From assembly GCA_024137785.1 (NCBI GenBank), contig JAHRHZ010000102.1, forward strand, positions 62,001-124,682: 62,682 bases of DNA, written 5' to 3'. How positions within the stretch are numbered: the stretch's first letter is position 1; each line of letters opens with the position of its first letter. Under the pieces are notes generated by a model, which worked only from the letters and a program-made list of their open reading frames with translations, searched no databases and was not told where the DNA came from. Positions 51,184 through 62,682 of the stretch are shown in pieces. Source of the stretch: Ginglymostoma cirratum. Taxonomy: Eukaryota. The position numbers and the translations under genes are program-made.

Positions 51184-52899
51184 TGAGGGTTTACTGTCCC
51201 CACAATAACAGCAGCAAAGTTCAAACAGTGCCTGGTGGGAATCCTTTTAATGGCTCGGATCAATGAATGTCCTGGCCCTTTAAAAAAGGGAAGGTAGTTT
51301 ATCTTTCTCTACTCAGTCAGACAGTTCGCCCTTCATGTGCCTCTGATTCCTAATTTTAAAGATTCACAAGGTTGAGACGAGTGCATTTTTAAAAAAATTC
51401 TGTTTCCTTTCCATTCCAAGGAGCTGCAGTGATTGAGTGGTTTGGGAAGTTAAAAGGTGCCAAATGACAGTGTATGGTACTACTTCAACTTCCCCTCCTC
51501 TGATAACTCCAGGACACTGACTCCAATGTTCTCAGTGATATTTACTGGTGTGAGGCAGTGAAAGGATTCCAGTTCCTGCAGATCAGATTGAAACCTAATC
51601 ACGGCATCAGAACAGTGAGAAAGATGAGCTTGGAATTTAAAAGAAGTTGCAAATTTCGCTTCAGCCACAGAGACAGGGAGAGTGACGTCATAAACCCATG
51701 TCTTCATTCCCGTGCAGAAAGAAGCCGTTCAGCCCATCGAATCCACGGCGACTCTCTGTCGCTTGTATCTCTCGGAGGTTATTCACAATCGGTGATATCT
51801 GTTCTAATAATGGTCAAATGTGTTTGTGCCATGGTGCTGTCTCCAACATGATTATACTCTTGTTATTCACAGCTGAAACAGTGAATGGATTTACTGCAGG
51901 TCTTGGAAAAAAAGCTGGAAGTAACATGTTTCAACTACCCCAGCTTCATCCCAACTTGGAGAAGACCAGTGGTGATCAGGAGAAAACTACTGAGATCTTG
52001 GCAAGTGTTCCACGTCACCTGTGGATTTATTTCAGGTACATGAACTTACCTCAAAGCACAAATCGTGCTTTTCAAGCAAAAGCAGAAGATGGCTTTGACC
52101 AATTGAGCTGCAGGTAATGGGCCCACCGCGCTCCCGCTCTGCCACTCTGCTTGCGCGCATTGCATGCTTTTTAGGCTTTTCATTTGGTGTGTGGCATGTA
52201 CCTTCAAGAATGAACTTTTTAAACATCATTGTTGTTGAGTAATATCCTGTGGTGCTGATGTGTCTCGCCTGTGTAAACATAACCTTTGTCTAATGTCCCG
52301 CATTCTGTTACTCCCACATTCAGATTTCACTCGGAATCACAAAATTTGTCACAACGCAGATGGAGGCCACGCCGCCCACCATATCTGAGCAAATGGGTGT
52401 CATTTCATGTAAATCTCTTGCATTCTCTGTGTAACTCTGCCCATTATTATTTGTTACATAACTATCAAATTTCATTTTGTGTGGATTGAATCTGCGTCTT
52501 TAGTACTGTCAGACAGCGTTTTAGTGACCCTGCCACTCTCTTTTCAAAACTTCAGCTTTCTGTTCTCTAAGGAGAGCTTTCCCATCTAACTTCGTTACGG
52601 ACATTGCTCATACACGTGAATCTGTTCAACGCTGTCTCCAATCACTTGGCATTCCCGCTTCCGGAAGTTTCACGCCCTGTACTGAGCAATAATGCGGCTG
52701 GAATTTTCACTCAGAGTCAGATTTCGTGGCAAACAACCTGAAATCCTCGCTTTTGATTTGATCAAGCGTTCTCTTTGGCCGTGTTCACTGCAATGGTACT
52801 TCTGCCTCATCCCCAGTTCAGGCAACCCGACCTAATTTAATGAAGCTAGTTTTTCGGAATGCTCTTTGGGCATTGTGGCAAAAGCAGCACGAGATAGGA

Positions 52900-52987
52900 A
52901 GGCTTGTCTGGGAGTTGTACCCGGGATCTATCGCAAGTCATCATTATACGGTACTCTCAGTCGAATCAGACCGCCAAACGAACCAGC
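52900..52987 (-). pseudogene. Degraded intron-bearing tRNA-Pro (arm paralog of 10252-10341)
   Basis: CTGAGAG[TACCGTATAATGATGACT]TGCGATAGATCCCGGGTACAACTCCCAGACAAGCC. Confidence 0.75.
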
Positions 52988-53007
52988 TACAGGTATTAAT
53001 AGGGGAA

Positions 53008-53345
53008 TGGGGACATGATGGAATAGTGGTACTTTCGTTGGTATGTGATTCTAAAGATCCGGATAATGTTTTGGGGACCTGGGTTCGAAACCGTGGTAGA
53101 TGGGAGAATTCGAATAAAATAAATATCTAGAATTAAGAATTAAATGATGGCTGTGAATCGATTGCTGGAGAAACCACATCTGGTTCACTACAGCCTTTTA
53201 GGAAAGCAAACTGCTCTCTTTTCCTGGTCTGGCCAACCTGTGACTTCAGACCCACAGGCGATATGGTTGACCCTGTGTCTGAGTAATTGGGGATGGGCGA
53301 TAAATGCTGGCCTAGCCAACGACGCTGTCATCCGGTGAATAAATA
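53008..53345 (+). mobile_element. tRNA-derived SINE (arm paralog of 9895-10225)
   Basis: B-box-like GGGTTCGAAACC head; tail GGGATGGGCGATAAATGCTGGCCTAGCCAACGACGC. Confidence 0.75.
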
Positions 53346-56300
53346 TTCTATGATCGAATTTTTAAAAAAATACTCGCTACATAGATCCTGAGGGATCTCA
53401 GGCTGAACTCGATCTCAACAAAATCAGACCACCTCAGTGAAGAATGGAGCAAGATACAGAACTCCAGGGATCGCCTGTAATTCGAAAGCGTGAGCTGCTC
53501 TTACTTCCTCCATCCACACGGAGCAGAACTATATCCGGAGACCAATGAACCAGCAACAGCTCAGATCCGTTAACACTAAAGCAGCACCGAGTTTTAACAA
53601 CAGCTTCTTCCCATTCTGAACCCGCGTTCTAAGGATAATCTGTTAGCACTATTCCCCCGGGGCCACGCTGTCTCCATTGACGGCTGGAGTAAACGATCTT
53701 TCACTGGCAGGCTGTGCTGGAAGAGAACAAAACGAATGCGCTCTTCAGCTCCCTGTCAAACATGGACTTGCAGGGCAGGGGAGGGGTGTGGTGGGAGTGG
53801 AAGGTATGGAAAGTGTGGAAGGCTGCGCAAAAGGGAGATTGTGCGTGCAGAGAAACTAACATTCTGTTGGGAACCTTGTCCAAATTACCACATCTGACAC
53901 AGTGCGAAAAATTCAGAGTTGTTGGGAAAGATAGAATCTCTCCCAAACATGGGGATCTGTGTCTGTGTCTTTCTTAATGTCACAGGAAGGGCGCAGCTGC
54001 CTGATTCAGTGCGGCATGCTACTGAAGGAAGTGCTGTCTCTCAGACACACTGCACCTGATGTATATAAATTTCAGCACATTTTCCCCAGCTCACAGAATC
54101 GATTTTATTATTCAAATAATCCCAGAGCGACAGAGAACGGGGCAAGTCAATTCATCTTGACAGCTCCTGGAGAGAAGTGGAATGTGTGAGAGCGGGCAGT
54201 CTCGACGAGTGCATAGTTTCAGCATTTACAGCCTTGGCCCGTGTGGCAATAACATCAGTTCGAGAGATTGATTCAAATACAGATAGCAGGAAACAAGTGA
54301 GACAGCTTATCGTGTGCCTGAAAGCCAGTAAATGCTATCTGTGTCCTTCCGAACGTCTTCATATCCCAGTAAACACAGTCTGTGTCTTTTATAACCTTTT
54401 TATGTCCAAGTAAATGCTATCCGTGTATGTTGTAGTACCTTATATCCCAGTAAACCCTGACTTTTGAAAGGATGTTGGGCTGCTCAACCCAAATTCAATG
54501 CATCAAATCTCTCCCCTGTGCTGTGCAACTTCATTAGTGCTGCAGGAAGGGTCTTTGCAGCTCCAGCAGTCCCGTCTGCATCGGTTTGCTCTGCGTCTCC
54601 CTCAGCTTCCTGCTTCCTGCGAACACTTCAATTCGGAACAAACGTGTCAATGTATTTTCATTCCACACGGACACAAGTTGCAAACATTAAGCCCGCCTTG
54701 TCATTCACTGAGATCATGGATGACCTTTTGCTTCGACGTCATGTTTCTGCACTATCCCCTGAGCTCTTGATGATTTTAATCTGCAGCAATTTATCATAAT
54801 ATCAGTCTTTTACAGACTCAATACAGACATTCATAACCTCTGGAGCCACGAATTGCAAAGATTCTCCCCATTCCGACTTCCCTAATATCAGTCCACTGTT
54901 TAGTATGTATGCCTGTTGTGTTTCTGGAGCTTTCTCGCGCTACTTGTTTTCAGCTTTTCGTGTAGTCTATTGAATGGCGTAGCGATCGTATAGTTGTCGG
55001 ATTTTGCGTTACGATCTCAATAACCTTTGTAATCACTGTTGTTCCTTTCTTTTCCCTCTTAGCGTGTTTTAAAGGAACACAGTCAGGGATCGATTAATAT
55101 TGCAAGAAGACACACAGAAAGAGGCGTGTGAAATGCAAGATTGTGGAATCAAAACTCATCCTGAGCGGTGTGTAATAAAATTGACATTATTTCTTGGAGC
55201 ATCAGGCTCAGGAAAATGCACAGAGCGATGTTAAACGAAACGGACTTCGTTTGAAAGGGCCAGTTTTATGGCGGTCTGCGTTGATGAGCTCATTTGTGAG
55301 TTTTGCCTGATTTTAGGATTTTGGAGTCGTCTGCCCCGTTCACAATTCCGTGTCATTAAGAAATGTCCAGGAAAGCCGTGGTCCCAGTTCTGACTTCTGA
55401 TTTCTTGTTTTCAGTTTTGCCAAATCTCCGATCAGCTTTCTGAAAACGCAGCTCTGCTATATGAGGTCGGACTACGTGAAGTAGGGATGGGGCAGAGCTA
55501 ACAGTGCAGGCAACACGGCAAGGGATTGACTCAAAGGGAAAACAAATGTTTCAGAATGCACGCAATCCGACTCTGATGTTTCATGGATGTTGTGATTCTG
55601 CGTGAAATCCGAGTTCGAACAGAATGTGGGAAGTTACACAAAGGTTTTGTTTACACAGCCGGGTAAATGTTAGAGAACATCAGTGATGGTCTTTTGACAT
55701 CATCCTCGAATGCACGTGTCACACACCAGATGAAAAGTCCAATGCTTGCCTGGAATCCCAGTACTGTGTGCTGGCAGAAAGGTGCAGTGCGAGCATGCTG
55801 TGCCCGTTAGCTTAAAAATCACTAGATCGAAAGCACCCTGTGAATTTTAAGAGCTCCATGTGCAGTGTGCATGTATTGATCGCTGCCAGTGTCCTTCCGG
55901 CACAGAACTGCAGTGTGCTGCATTTTGATCAACTTCCCGTAACTTCGTGTGTCATAAATAATTGTCTCATATCGATACATATCAATTACAGTGTGCTCCA
56001 TGCGCAGGAGAGCCTGCAGGAATTGTCCATGCTGTTTCGAACAGCAGCGGCCTCCTGGTGAAATGAGATGTCACGAAAGACAAGAGGGTCAGTGTGTCGG
56101 AGACAGCATCATGTCACAGGAGCAGTTCAGCATTATTCGTAAAGATGTCAAAGATTGTAAATATCTCAGAGAGATATAAGCGACAGACAGTCCCCATGTA
56201 CTCGATGGGCTGAACGGCTTCTTCCTGCACGGGAATGACGCCATGGATTTATGACGTATCTCTGTCTGTCTCTGTGACGCGGAGATAAAGGTGAAAAGTA

Positions 56301-57974
56301 TCACCACCTGATGGAGGAGCAGCGCTGTGAAAGTGTGTGATTTCACGTAAATCTGTTGGGCTATGACCTGGTGTCATGTGACTTCTGATTTTGTTTTCTG
56401 TCTGTGACAGAGCTGGCGAGTGAGAAACAATGGCTCATTTTTAACCCTCCCTTCCGCGTTGTACTGTCTGCTGCTCCGCAGGTCAGGGAGGTTGGGGATG
56501 ACTCTCAGTGAGTGAGTGTTTCTGTTGGATTCTCTTAATCTGAGACTGTCGGTATCAGATATTAACACCTGCCCAGATTTAACAAAGAAACCGACGTCCG
56601 CGTTGCAAAAGACTTTCTGCCAGATTGCTGTGTGAAGTCGAATCCTGAAAACCAAACAGGCTGCACAGAAAGATCCCATATAAAGTTTCTAAAGTGAATA
56701 GTCTCCACTTTTGACTTCTCTCTTTTCCAGCAGCGCTGCATCCTTCTCTATGTCTCTGATTCATGCCATTTGATGAAAGTTCCCAATCGTCGTTTATAAT
56801 TTCCTGATGTCTGATTCTGCCTCGTTTGCTTCTTCACCCTTCCAGTGTTCAAGAAGGAGCTGCAAAAATTAAACCACCCCCAAGCGCTGCTTCCCCGTAG
56901 AGAGAAATGGTTTGATCCATCTGCCATTGAAGACAGCCTGGTGCTTGGGGAATTGAGCAAACAGCAGCAGCCCAGGAACAGGGGCAGAATGGGAAAAAGC
57001 TGCTCATTGTTGCTTTCACTATCAGAACTGAGATTTTTTAAATGTAAGCAGCCGGTTCAAAGATGTTATTACACACCTCTAGAGCAGATAGAAATTGACA
57101 CCGGTCTCCAAAATTCAAAGATCACTGCATGAGAGTCAGCTAGATTACAACAGAAAGCTGATGTTCGATGGAACTGTTCGTTGGTGTAGAGGTGTGAGGG
57201 TCGTTGATGAGGCTGTGAGCGGTCCAGCATTCCAATTATCTGTAGCTGTGTCCTCTCTTCGCTGTTTGACGTCTTTTCGTGAAAATCTTTGGTAGCGTGT
57301 GAAGGTGGTTCTCTACGAAATATAAGACAGTCTGAGATCCCAAAGGGTCTTTGCAGTGAAAATCTCACATTCGGAGAATACGGAATCGAACTGTAACTCA
57401 TCCTGGTCAGTGGAAAGAATTTCTCACGATCAGCTCAATCAAACTGCCCAACCCCACCCCTAACATGATAAACATTGTGAAATTTGTTAGTTGGGAGGCG
57501 AAACATGGAAAGGAAACAACGTAGAAAACCCAGTCTACAGCTTCGGGAATCTTTCAAAGCTCTTTGTGAATTGGACCCGGGGGAGAGTGAACGGTGAACG
57601 GTCTGAACGAGCAGAGCCAGTCAAGACATCTTGCCGATCTTTATGACGCTGGAGCATTGACTCTGATGTTCTCGGTGTCATTGCCCGATCTAAGACCTTG
57701 AAATAATCAGGATTCTTTGAGAAGATCAGGAATTCAAACAAGATCTCTGCAGCAGCGCAATCAGATAATTGGGAGCAGACAAAAAGTGGCGAGGCTCGAA
57801 GAGAGATTGCCCGGGGTTCAGGAGAGATGTTTCCCGGTGATACGGATGTCTCTGCAGGAGGTGGGATCAGACTGTTTCCATGTTTCCACAATAAACATCA
57901 CAGATTCTATTTTTTAGATGAAAATTGGCCAAGGGCAGTTGTTTTTCTTGTAAAATGACAATCAATCTGAAACA

Positions 57975-58820
57975 CACGGTATCATATCTCATTGACAATG
58001 TCCCACATTCACCATCCCCACCAATGGATATGTCCTGTTCCACCTTCATGACAGACCCAGCATAGGTGGCGGCACAATGTGACATATTCGAGGAAATTAA
58101 CTTGGAGTTCTCAACATGGCATCCTGGTCCCATTCGATCTCAGGGCATCCAGTTTATCATTGACAAAGGAAACGGCCTGCTGATTCCCGCCGACTGTTCT
58201 CTCTCGGCCGATGAATCAGTAGTCCTCCATATTGAACAGCACTTGGGTGGAATACTGAGGCTGGTATGAATGAACACTGCATTGGCGATTTCAATGTCCA
58301 TTACTAAGAGTGGCTCGGCAGCATCTGGTCAGGTCCCAAATCATAGTTAAGGCATAACAAGGTGTAGAGCTGGATGAACACAGGAGGCCAAGCAGCATCA
58401 GAGGATCAGGAAAGCTGACGTTTCCGGTCTGGACCCTTCTTCAGAAACTCTTCCGTTTTCCCGTTCCTCTGATGCTGTTTGGCCTGTTGTGTTCATCCAG
58501 CTCTATATCTTGTTATCTCAGATTCTCCAGCATCTGCAGTTCCTACGATCCCCAGATCATCGTTGTTCGATTGGTCCTGCAGGTGGTGAGAGAACCAGGA
58601 AGAGGGAAAAGATGCTTGATCTCATCCTCACCAACCTGTCCTCAGCAGACACATCTGTCCATGATCGTAACGGCAGGAGGAGATTAAAATATAATTCTTG
58701 AGGGGACGATGTTTCGCCTTCACATTGCGCGTGCCACCCATTGTGTTGCATGGCACTGTCGCCGTGCTAAATGGGACAGACTGCAAACAGATCCAGAACT
58801 CAGCTTAGGCAGCCATGCGG
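57975..58820 (+). mobile_element. LINE APE endonuclease fragment interrupted by a palindromic Penelope-derived element (~58349-58548)
   Basis: SADESVVLHIEQHL, GDFNVH and LDLILTNLSSADTSVHD in broken frames; arm paralog of 4440-5320. Confidence 0.8.
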
Positions 58821-59196
58821 GGGTGTGGACGATCAAAAGTAGCAGAACGGGACTTCAAAGGAGCCGCAGTTGTTGCTTGTTGCAGGTAGAAGATAATTGG
58901 AGTGTGTGCATTTGGAATATTGATCGTCTTGTGCTTGTGGTTTTGATTTAAACCGAGAGCTCCGTAGATTTCTCACAAATTATGTATAGGTGTACGTTCG
59001 GTTTTTTTCTCATGTTGAGTTTGAAAGAACATTGTTGTAAGATTCCTGGGCCTGAATGTACTGGATATCTGCAGAATGTTCCTTGATTGGAGAATATTTC
59101 TGACAGCGAATTGACGGGTCGGAAATGTGTGACCCAGAAACAGTGAAAATTTCAACTCACAAGACATATTGGTTAACAACTGCAAAAGCAAAATTT

Positions 59197-59365
59197 CTGG
59201 AAAAGCTCAGCAGCTCTGGCAGCATCTGTGAAGGAAAAAAGAGAGTTAACGTTACGGGCCCGGTGACCCTTCCTGAGAACAGTTCTGAGGAAGGGTATCG
59301 GACCCGAAACGTTAACTCTGTCTTTTTTCTTCACAGATGCTGACAAACCTGCTGAGCGTTTCCAG
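59197..59365. mobile_element. Palindromic Penelope-derived mini-element (arm paralog of 3893-4060)
   Basis: 84-bp inverted arms centred on 59281. Confidence 0.8.
59281..59317 (+). ncRNA. Candidate minimal type I hammerhead ribozyme
   Basis: AGTT-CTGAGGA-A-GGGT(ATCGG)ACCC-GAAAC-GTT-AACT: helix I AGTT/AACT, core CUGANGA and GAAA, helix II, palindromic ACGT in place of helix III. Confidence 0.65.
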
Positions 59366-59660
59366 CAACGTTGTTTTCGGTCCTGATTTACAGCACACTC
59401 AGTTCTTTCTGTTCATTTTTTGGTTTACAGCTGAACGTGCTGACAAAATGCAATACAGAGACTGATGTGAAACAATCTGTAAGTTCCAGGAAACAAGGTG
59501 TCAGCCAGTTCAGACTTCATATTGCATCTACCAAAATGACAATTTTCCTCTACCAGTTTTACTCTTCCAAATTAAAGGGTGGGGCATTCATCATGGAGAC
59601 ATAGGGACAATTTTTGCTGTAATCGGGATGTGATTTCACGTGAACTTCTTTGCTTTAGGC

Positions 59661-59752
59661 ATTGGTCGGGTGATCAAGCAACGAGTTTAATTCAAAGCTG
59701 GGGGGCGGGGCTGTTGTATTTAAATGGTTTTGACGTCGTGTCTCATCATTTC
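59661..59752 (+). promoter_or_regulatory. Pol II promoter-like motif array without a recognisable downstream gene (paralog ~3515-3606 -)
   Basis: ATTGG (59661), GGGGCGGGGC (59702), TATTTAAA (59717) and TCATTTC with its A 31 nt after the TATA start. Confidence 0.4.
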
Positions 59753-60658
59753 AGACTTGAATCAACTGCCCACTGTAATCATTATCTAGCTTGATGGGTG
59801 CTGAAATTTAAGTGAGAAGAAAGGAGGATGCCTCGAACTTGTTTAATTAGGAGATTTTGTATCGCATTGGATAATTTCGGTTGGCCATCCAAATGCTTCC
59901 CGACACAAGGCTGCCTGACTCTCAGTGAGGTTTCTTTAATAAACACTCCCCAGGGCTTCCGGCTGCACCATGATGTCATATGGCATGGGCGGTAATGGCC
60001 TTCAACTATTGTGACGCAATGATGATGCTGTGTCCTTTAATATGAATATGAAATAGTTGTTGTTCACGTGATACTGAATTATTCAATGAAATGTGACGAC
60101 GTCTCCAGGTATTTTTGACATTACAATCTCAGACACTTTCGTGTCTCGCCTCAAATTAAGCTACTCTTGGGATTCTCTATTTGTATTAATGATATTCATG
60201 GTGGGGTTTCATCGTGAAATTGGAGAAATATTTATTCTTGGCGTCTGAATTTACTGAAGAATATCGAAAGGAGGGTCGAGAGCCTTGTTAGTTGTTTCTT
60301 ACCTTTCAGATCATTTCTCTCTCGTTGCATTTGAAAAAGTGTCCAGAATGAGTCCTGGATTCGCCCTGTGACATATCTTCCCGGTGTCCTGCAAATTCGG
60401 AGCATGAAGTACGAGGGAAAAAGGTAGAGCAGGAGGAAAGAAAAGTTAGGACAATGAAGTAGACAAGAGCTGAATGGAGCAAATAGAGGGACAGATAAAC
60501 AGTCAGAGGGAGAAAGAAGAGGACTGAAGAGAGACAGAAGCGTTGTGGTGACTTAACAGCAAATGAGCAGTACCCTTTCATCTTCTTTGCCACTTCTAGT
60601 TTAAAATCATTATGTTGCGATCACTTCCTTTAATCCAGTACAGCAACAGCGCACGTGT

Positions 60659-60730
60659 GAGCTGGTGGTGTAAAGTTTGCGCATCTGTTTCCAGATCAGA
60701 CGGTTGTGGTTTTAAATCACGTCCTGCGCA
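60659..60730 (+). tRNA. tRNA-Trp(CCA) pseudogene (arm paralog of 2530-2601)
   Basis: 72 nt; TCTGTTTCCAGATCAGACGGTTG...TAAATCACGTC. Confidence 0.8.
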
Positions 60731-61408
60731 CGCTGTTCAGATGCAAATAAGTTCCCTTAAACCCTATATTACGACGGAGGTTGTTGGTGATGATGCATGT
60801 TGACCAAAATCTTCTTTCCTGTTGTTTTAGATTGTTCTCAAAGATTCCCTCTCAGTTTTACATGGGAACAATGGTTCAAGTATGTATTGTTCATTGTTTG
60901 GGTAAGTTCTCAGCTCCCCCAGTGCAAGAAGTAAAACATAAATTGTTCATCATTAGGTTAAAACACAGCCGCCTCTCTCTGGGCAGCCGATTCGTTCAGT
61001 TGGGGATAGCGCGGTGTTAATATCATTGTCCTGATGTTTTATCACTTAATCTATAAACAGCCAAATTCATGATTCAATCTATCAGGAGATTCAAGTTCCT
61101 CTTCTGTTATAACAGAGTGACAGTGAGTTCATAAAGTAATGCTTCCAAAAAACAGCAATTCCTTTCCTCTCATTGGACACAGTTACAGTGATCTTTCTTC
61201 AACAGCAGGTGCAGAAGCCATAGTGTGACAGCCCCTCTCCACGTTGACAGTGAGCCTGAATTTTATACACTGTATCGAGTGCCGGGAGACAGGATCAGAA
61301 GATGTTCTTGAAATTCTTTGCTGCTTTGGATCCCAGGAGCAAGGTAAAATGTACTTCACACTGAGAAAGTTCCAGCTGGTTCAGCCCTGCCTATGGAGCT
61401 CTGGCAAT

Positions 61409-61497
61409 GGCTTGTTGGTCTAGGGGCATGATTCTTGATTTGGGGATGGTGGATTGTGGACGTGTCAGAGGCCCTGGGTCAATTCCTGGATGAGCCC
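61409..61497 (+). tRNA. tRNA-Pro(TGG)-derived gene with 18-nt insertion (arm paralog of 1760-1848), probable pseudogene
   Basis: GGCTTGTTGGTCTAGGGGCATGATTCTTGATTTGGG[GATGGTGGATTGTGGACG]TGTCAGAGGCCCTGGGTCAATTCCTGGATGAGCCC. Confidence 0.85.
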
Positions 61498-61840
61498 TGA
61501 TGCCGTTTTGGGTTTTGCCAAATCGCTGATCAGCTCTCCGAAAAAGAGGCTGTGTTCAATCAGGTCGGACTTTTTGAAGGAGGGATGAGACAGAAGGTGC
61601 CATTGCGGTCAACAGGGCAAAACAAAACACAAAACATGCCTCATGATGTTTGTCCATGCCATCGAACATTGACTGAATCCTCCATAAAAAGCCAATGAAG
61701 TTGAAACGCATTAGTTGCAGTGTGTTCGATGCACAAGGCGCCCTGCAATAATTCCCCACGCTGTTTCAGGCAGCAGTGTCATTCATGTGATACGGGGAGT
61801 TGTGAATAACAAGAGAAACATGACAGTAATAAATCGAATC

Positions 61841-62500
61841 AAATCAACTCAACGATCAGCCCATCGAAGACAGCATCGCAACACAGACTCCATTATTAGG
61901 ACGGATATCACCGTTCCTGAGAAAAGGACAGAGAGATACAAGCGACAGGGAGTCGCCGTAGGCTCGATAAATTGAACAGCTTCCTTCTGCACGGGAATGA
62001 ATCCATGAGTGAGAGTTTCACTCAGATTCTCTTAATCTGAGGCTGTTACTGTCAGATAATAACTGTTGACCAGCCACAGCAAAAAATCTGATCCCGCATT
62101 TCAAAAGTCTTCCGGCAGGATTGCTGTATGAAGATGAATCCGGAACACCAAACACGCTGCACAAATAGAACTCATGTTGATTTACCTGACAGAAGCGTCT
62201 CCAGTGTCCATTTCTTTCTTTGCCAGCAACTGGGCATCTTTCTTTGTCTCGCTCTTGGAAAACAGACATTTGGGGCAAGTTCGCAAACAAAGTTGCTAAT
62301 TTCCAGCTCATGCGAATAAAGTAAACGTTTGAGAGATCGGAAGAGTGCATTCCCTCCCCCAGCACTGCTTGCAAGAGAAAGAAACCGGTTTCATAATCCA
62401 CCAGTGGAGACTGCTCAGTTCCCGGGCAAGGGACTAGCAATACTGTCTCGGGAGCAGAGACACAGAATGAGAAGATGTTCTTGAAACTGAATTCTGCTTC
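61841..62500 (-). repeat. Older inverted paralog of ~6290-7190 (direct to ~56090-57000)
   Basis: Shared GAGATACAAGCGACAG, TTCCTTCTGCACGGGAATGA, GATTCTCTTAATCTGAG and GATTGCTGT.TGAAG..GAATCC. Confidence 0.8.
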
Positions 62501-62537
62501 ACACCGGGTTCCGCGCGAGAAATGCAAGGGTTTTATT

Positions 62538-62627
62538 GGCTCGTTGGTCGAGAAGTATGATTCTTGCATGGGGATTTGGATTCTATTTGCGTGTGAGTGG
62601 TCCTGGATTCAAATTCCAGGCAAGCTC
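62538..62627 (+). tRNA. tRNA-Pro-derived gene with 18-nt intron-like insertion and T7 terminator, probable pseudogene
   Basis: 36 nt + [ATTTGGATTCTATTTGCG] + 36 nt, colinear without gaps with the 72-nt tRNA-Pro; followed immediately by TTTTTTT; A box and anticodon loop mutated. Confidence 0.88.
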
Positions 62628-62682
62628 TTTTTTTGGCCAGGTCGCTTGCTCAGCTTTTCGAAAAACCAGCTGCACCTCACGA

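Larger units (their letters stand above)
45411..61840 (-). repeat. Right arm of ~16.4 kb inverted segmental duplication
   Basis: Reverse complement of 1416-17799; sums of paired coordinates stay near 63.2 kb; identity roughly 80-94% depending on position (by eye). Confidence 0.97.

Noticed and set aside
53714-53977. ORF WKVWKVWKA..GDCAC open in three copies (also 9190-9447 and 36657-36929)
   Set aside because: Copies differ by many amino-acid changes, starts and ends differ, frameshifts occur, and the WKV repeat is just a 9-bp tandem; treated as a duplicated non-coding module.
62018-62569. 183-aa ORF
   Set aside because: Overlaps the tRNA-Pro antisense; paralogs at 6290-6790 and 56500-57000 are frameshifted relative to it.
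1-62682. snRNA, 5S rRNA and histone genes, often found near tRNA clusters
   Set aside because: By-eye comparison with U1, U2, U4, U5, U6, 5S and the histone 3' stem-loop gave only trivial matches (for example AGCCAATGAG near 23507), and there is no histone ORF in the track; an Rfam scan would be needed to exclude relics.

Overview
Non-coding vertebrate DNA; the repeat content (CR1 LINEs, HE1-type V-SINE, Penelope-like elements) points to a cartilaginous fish, probably a shark (inference). No intact protein-coding gene is supported; the ORFs with recognisable protein similarity are broken retroelement frames. The window is a decayed tRNA gene cluster with about 35 tRNA-derived loci, none clearly intact. 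Two ~16.4 kb inverted arms (1416-17799 and 45411-61840) flank a ~27.6 kb spacer that holds further older paralogous cassettes. Main observations: (1) three lineages of tRNA-Pro genes each carry an 18-nt insertion of different sequence at the canonical 37/38 intron site; (2) several duplicated tRNA bodies differ by ~30% between arms while adjacent flank differs by ~8-15%; (3) palindromic Penelope-derived mini-elements carry back-to-back minimal hammerhead ribozyme motifs, one with a target-site duplication. All alignments and counts were done by eye and reference tRNA sequences are from memory; repeat boundaries are approximate.
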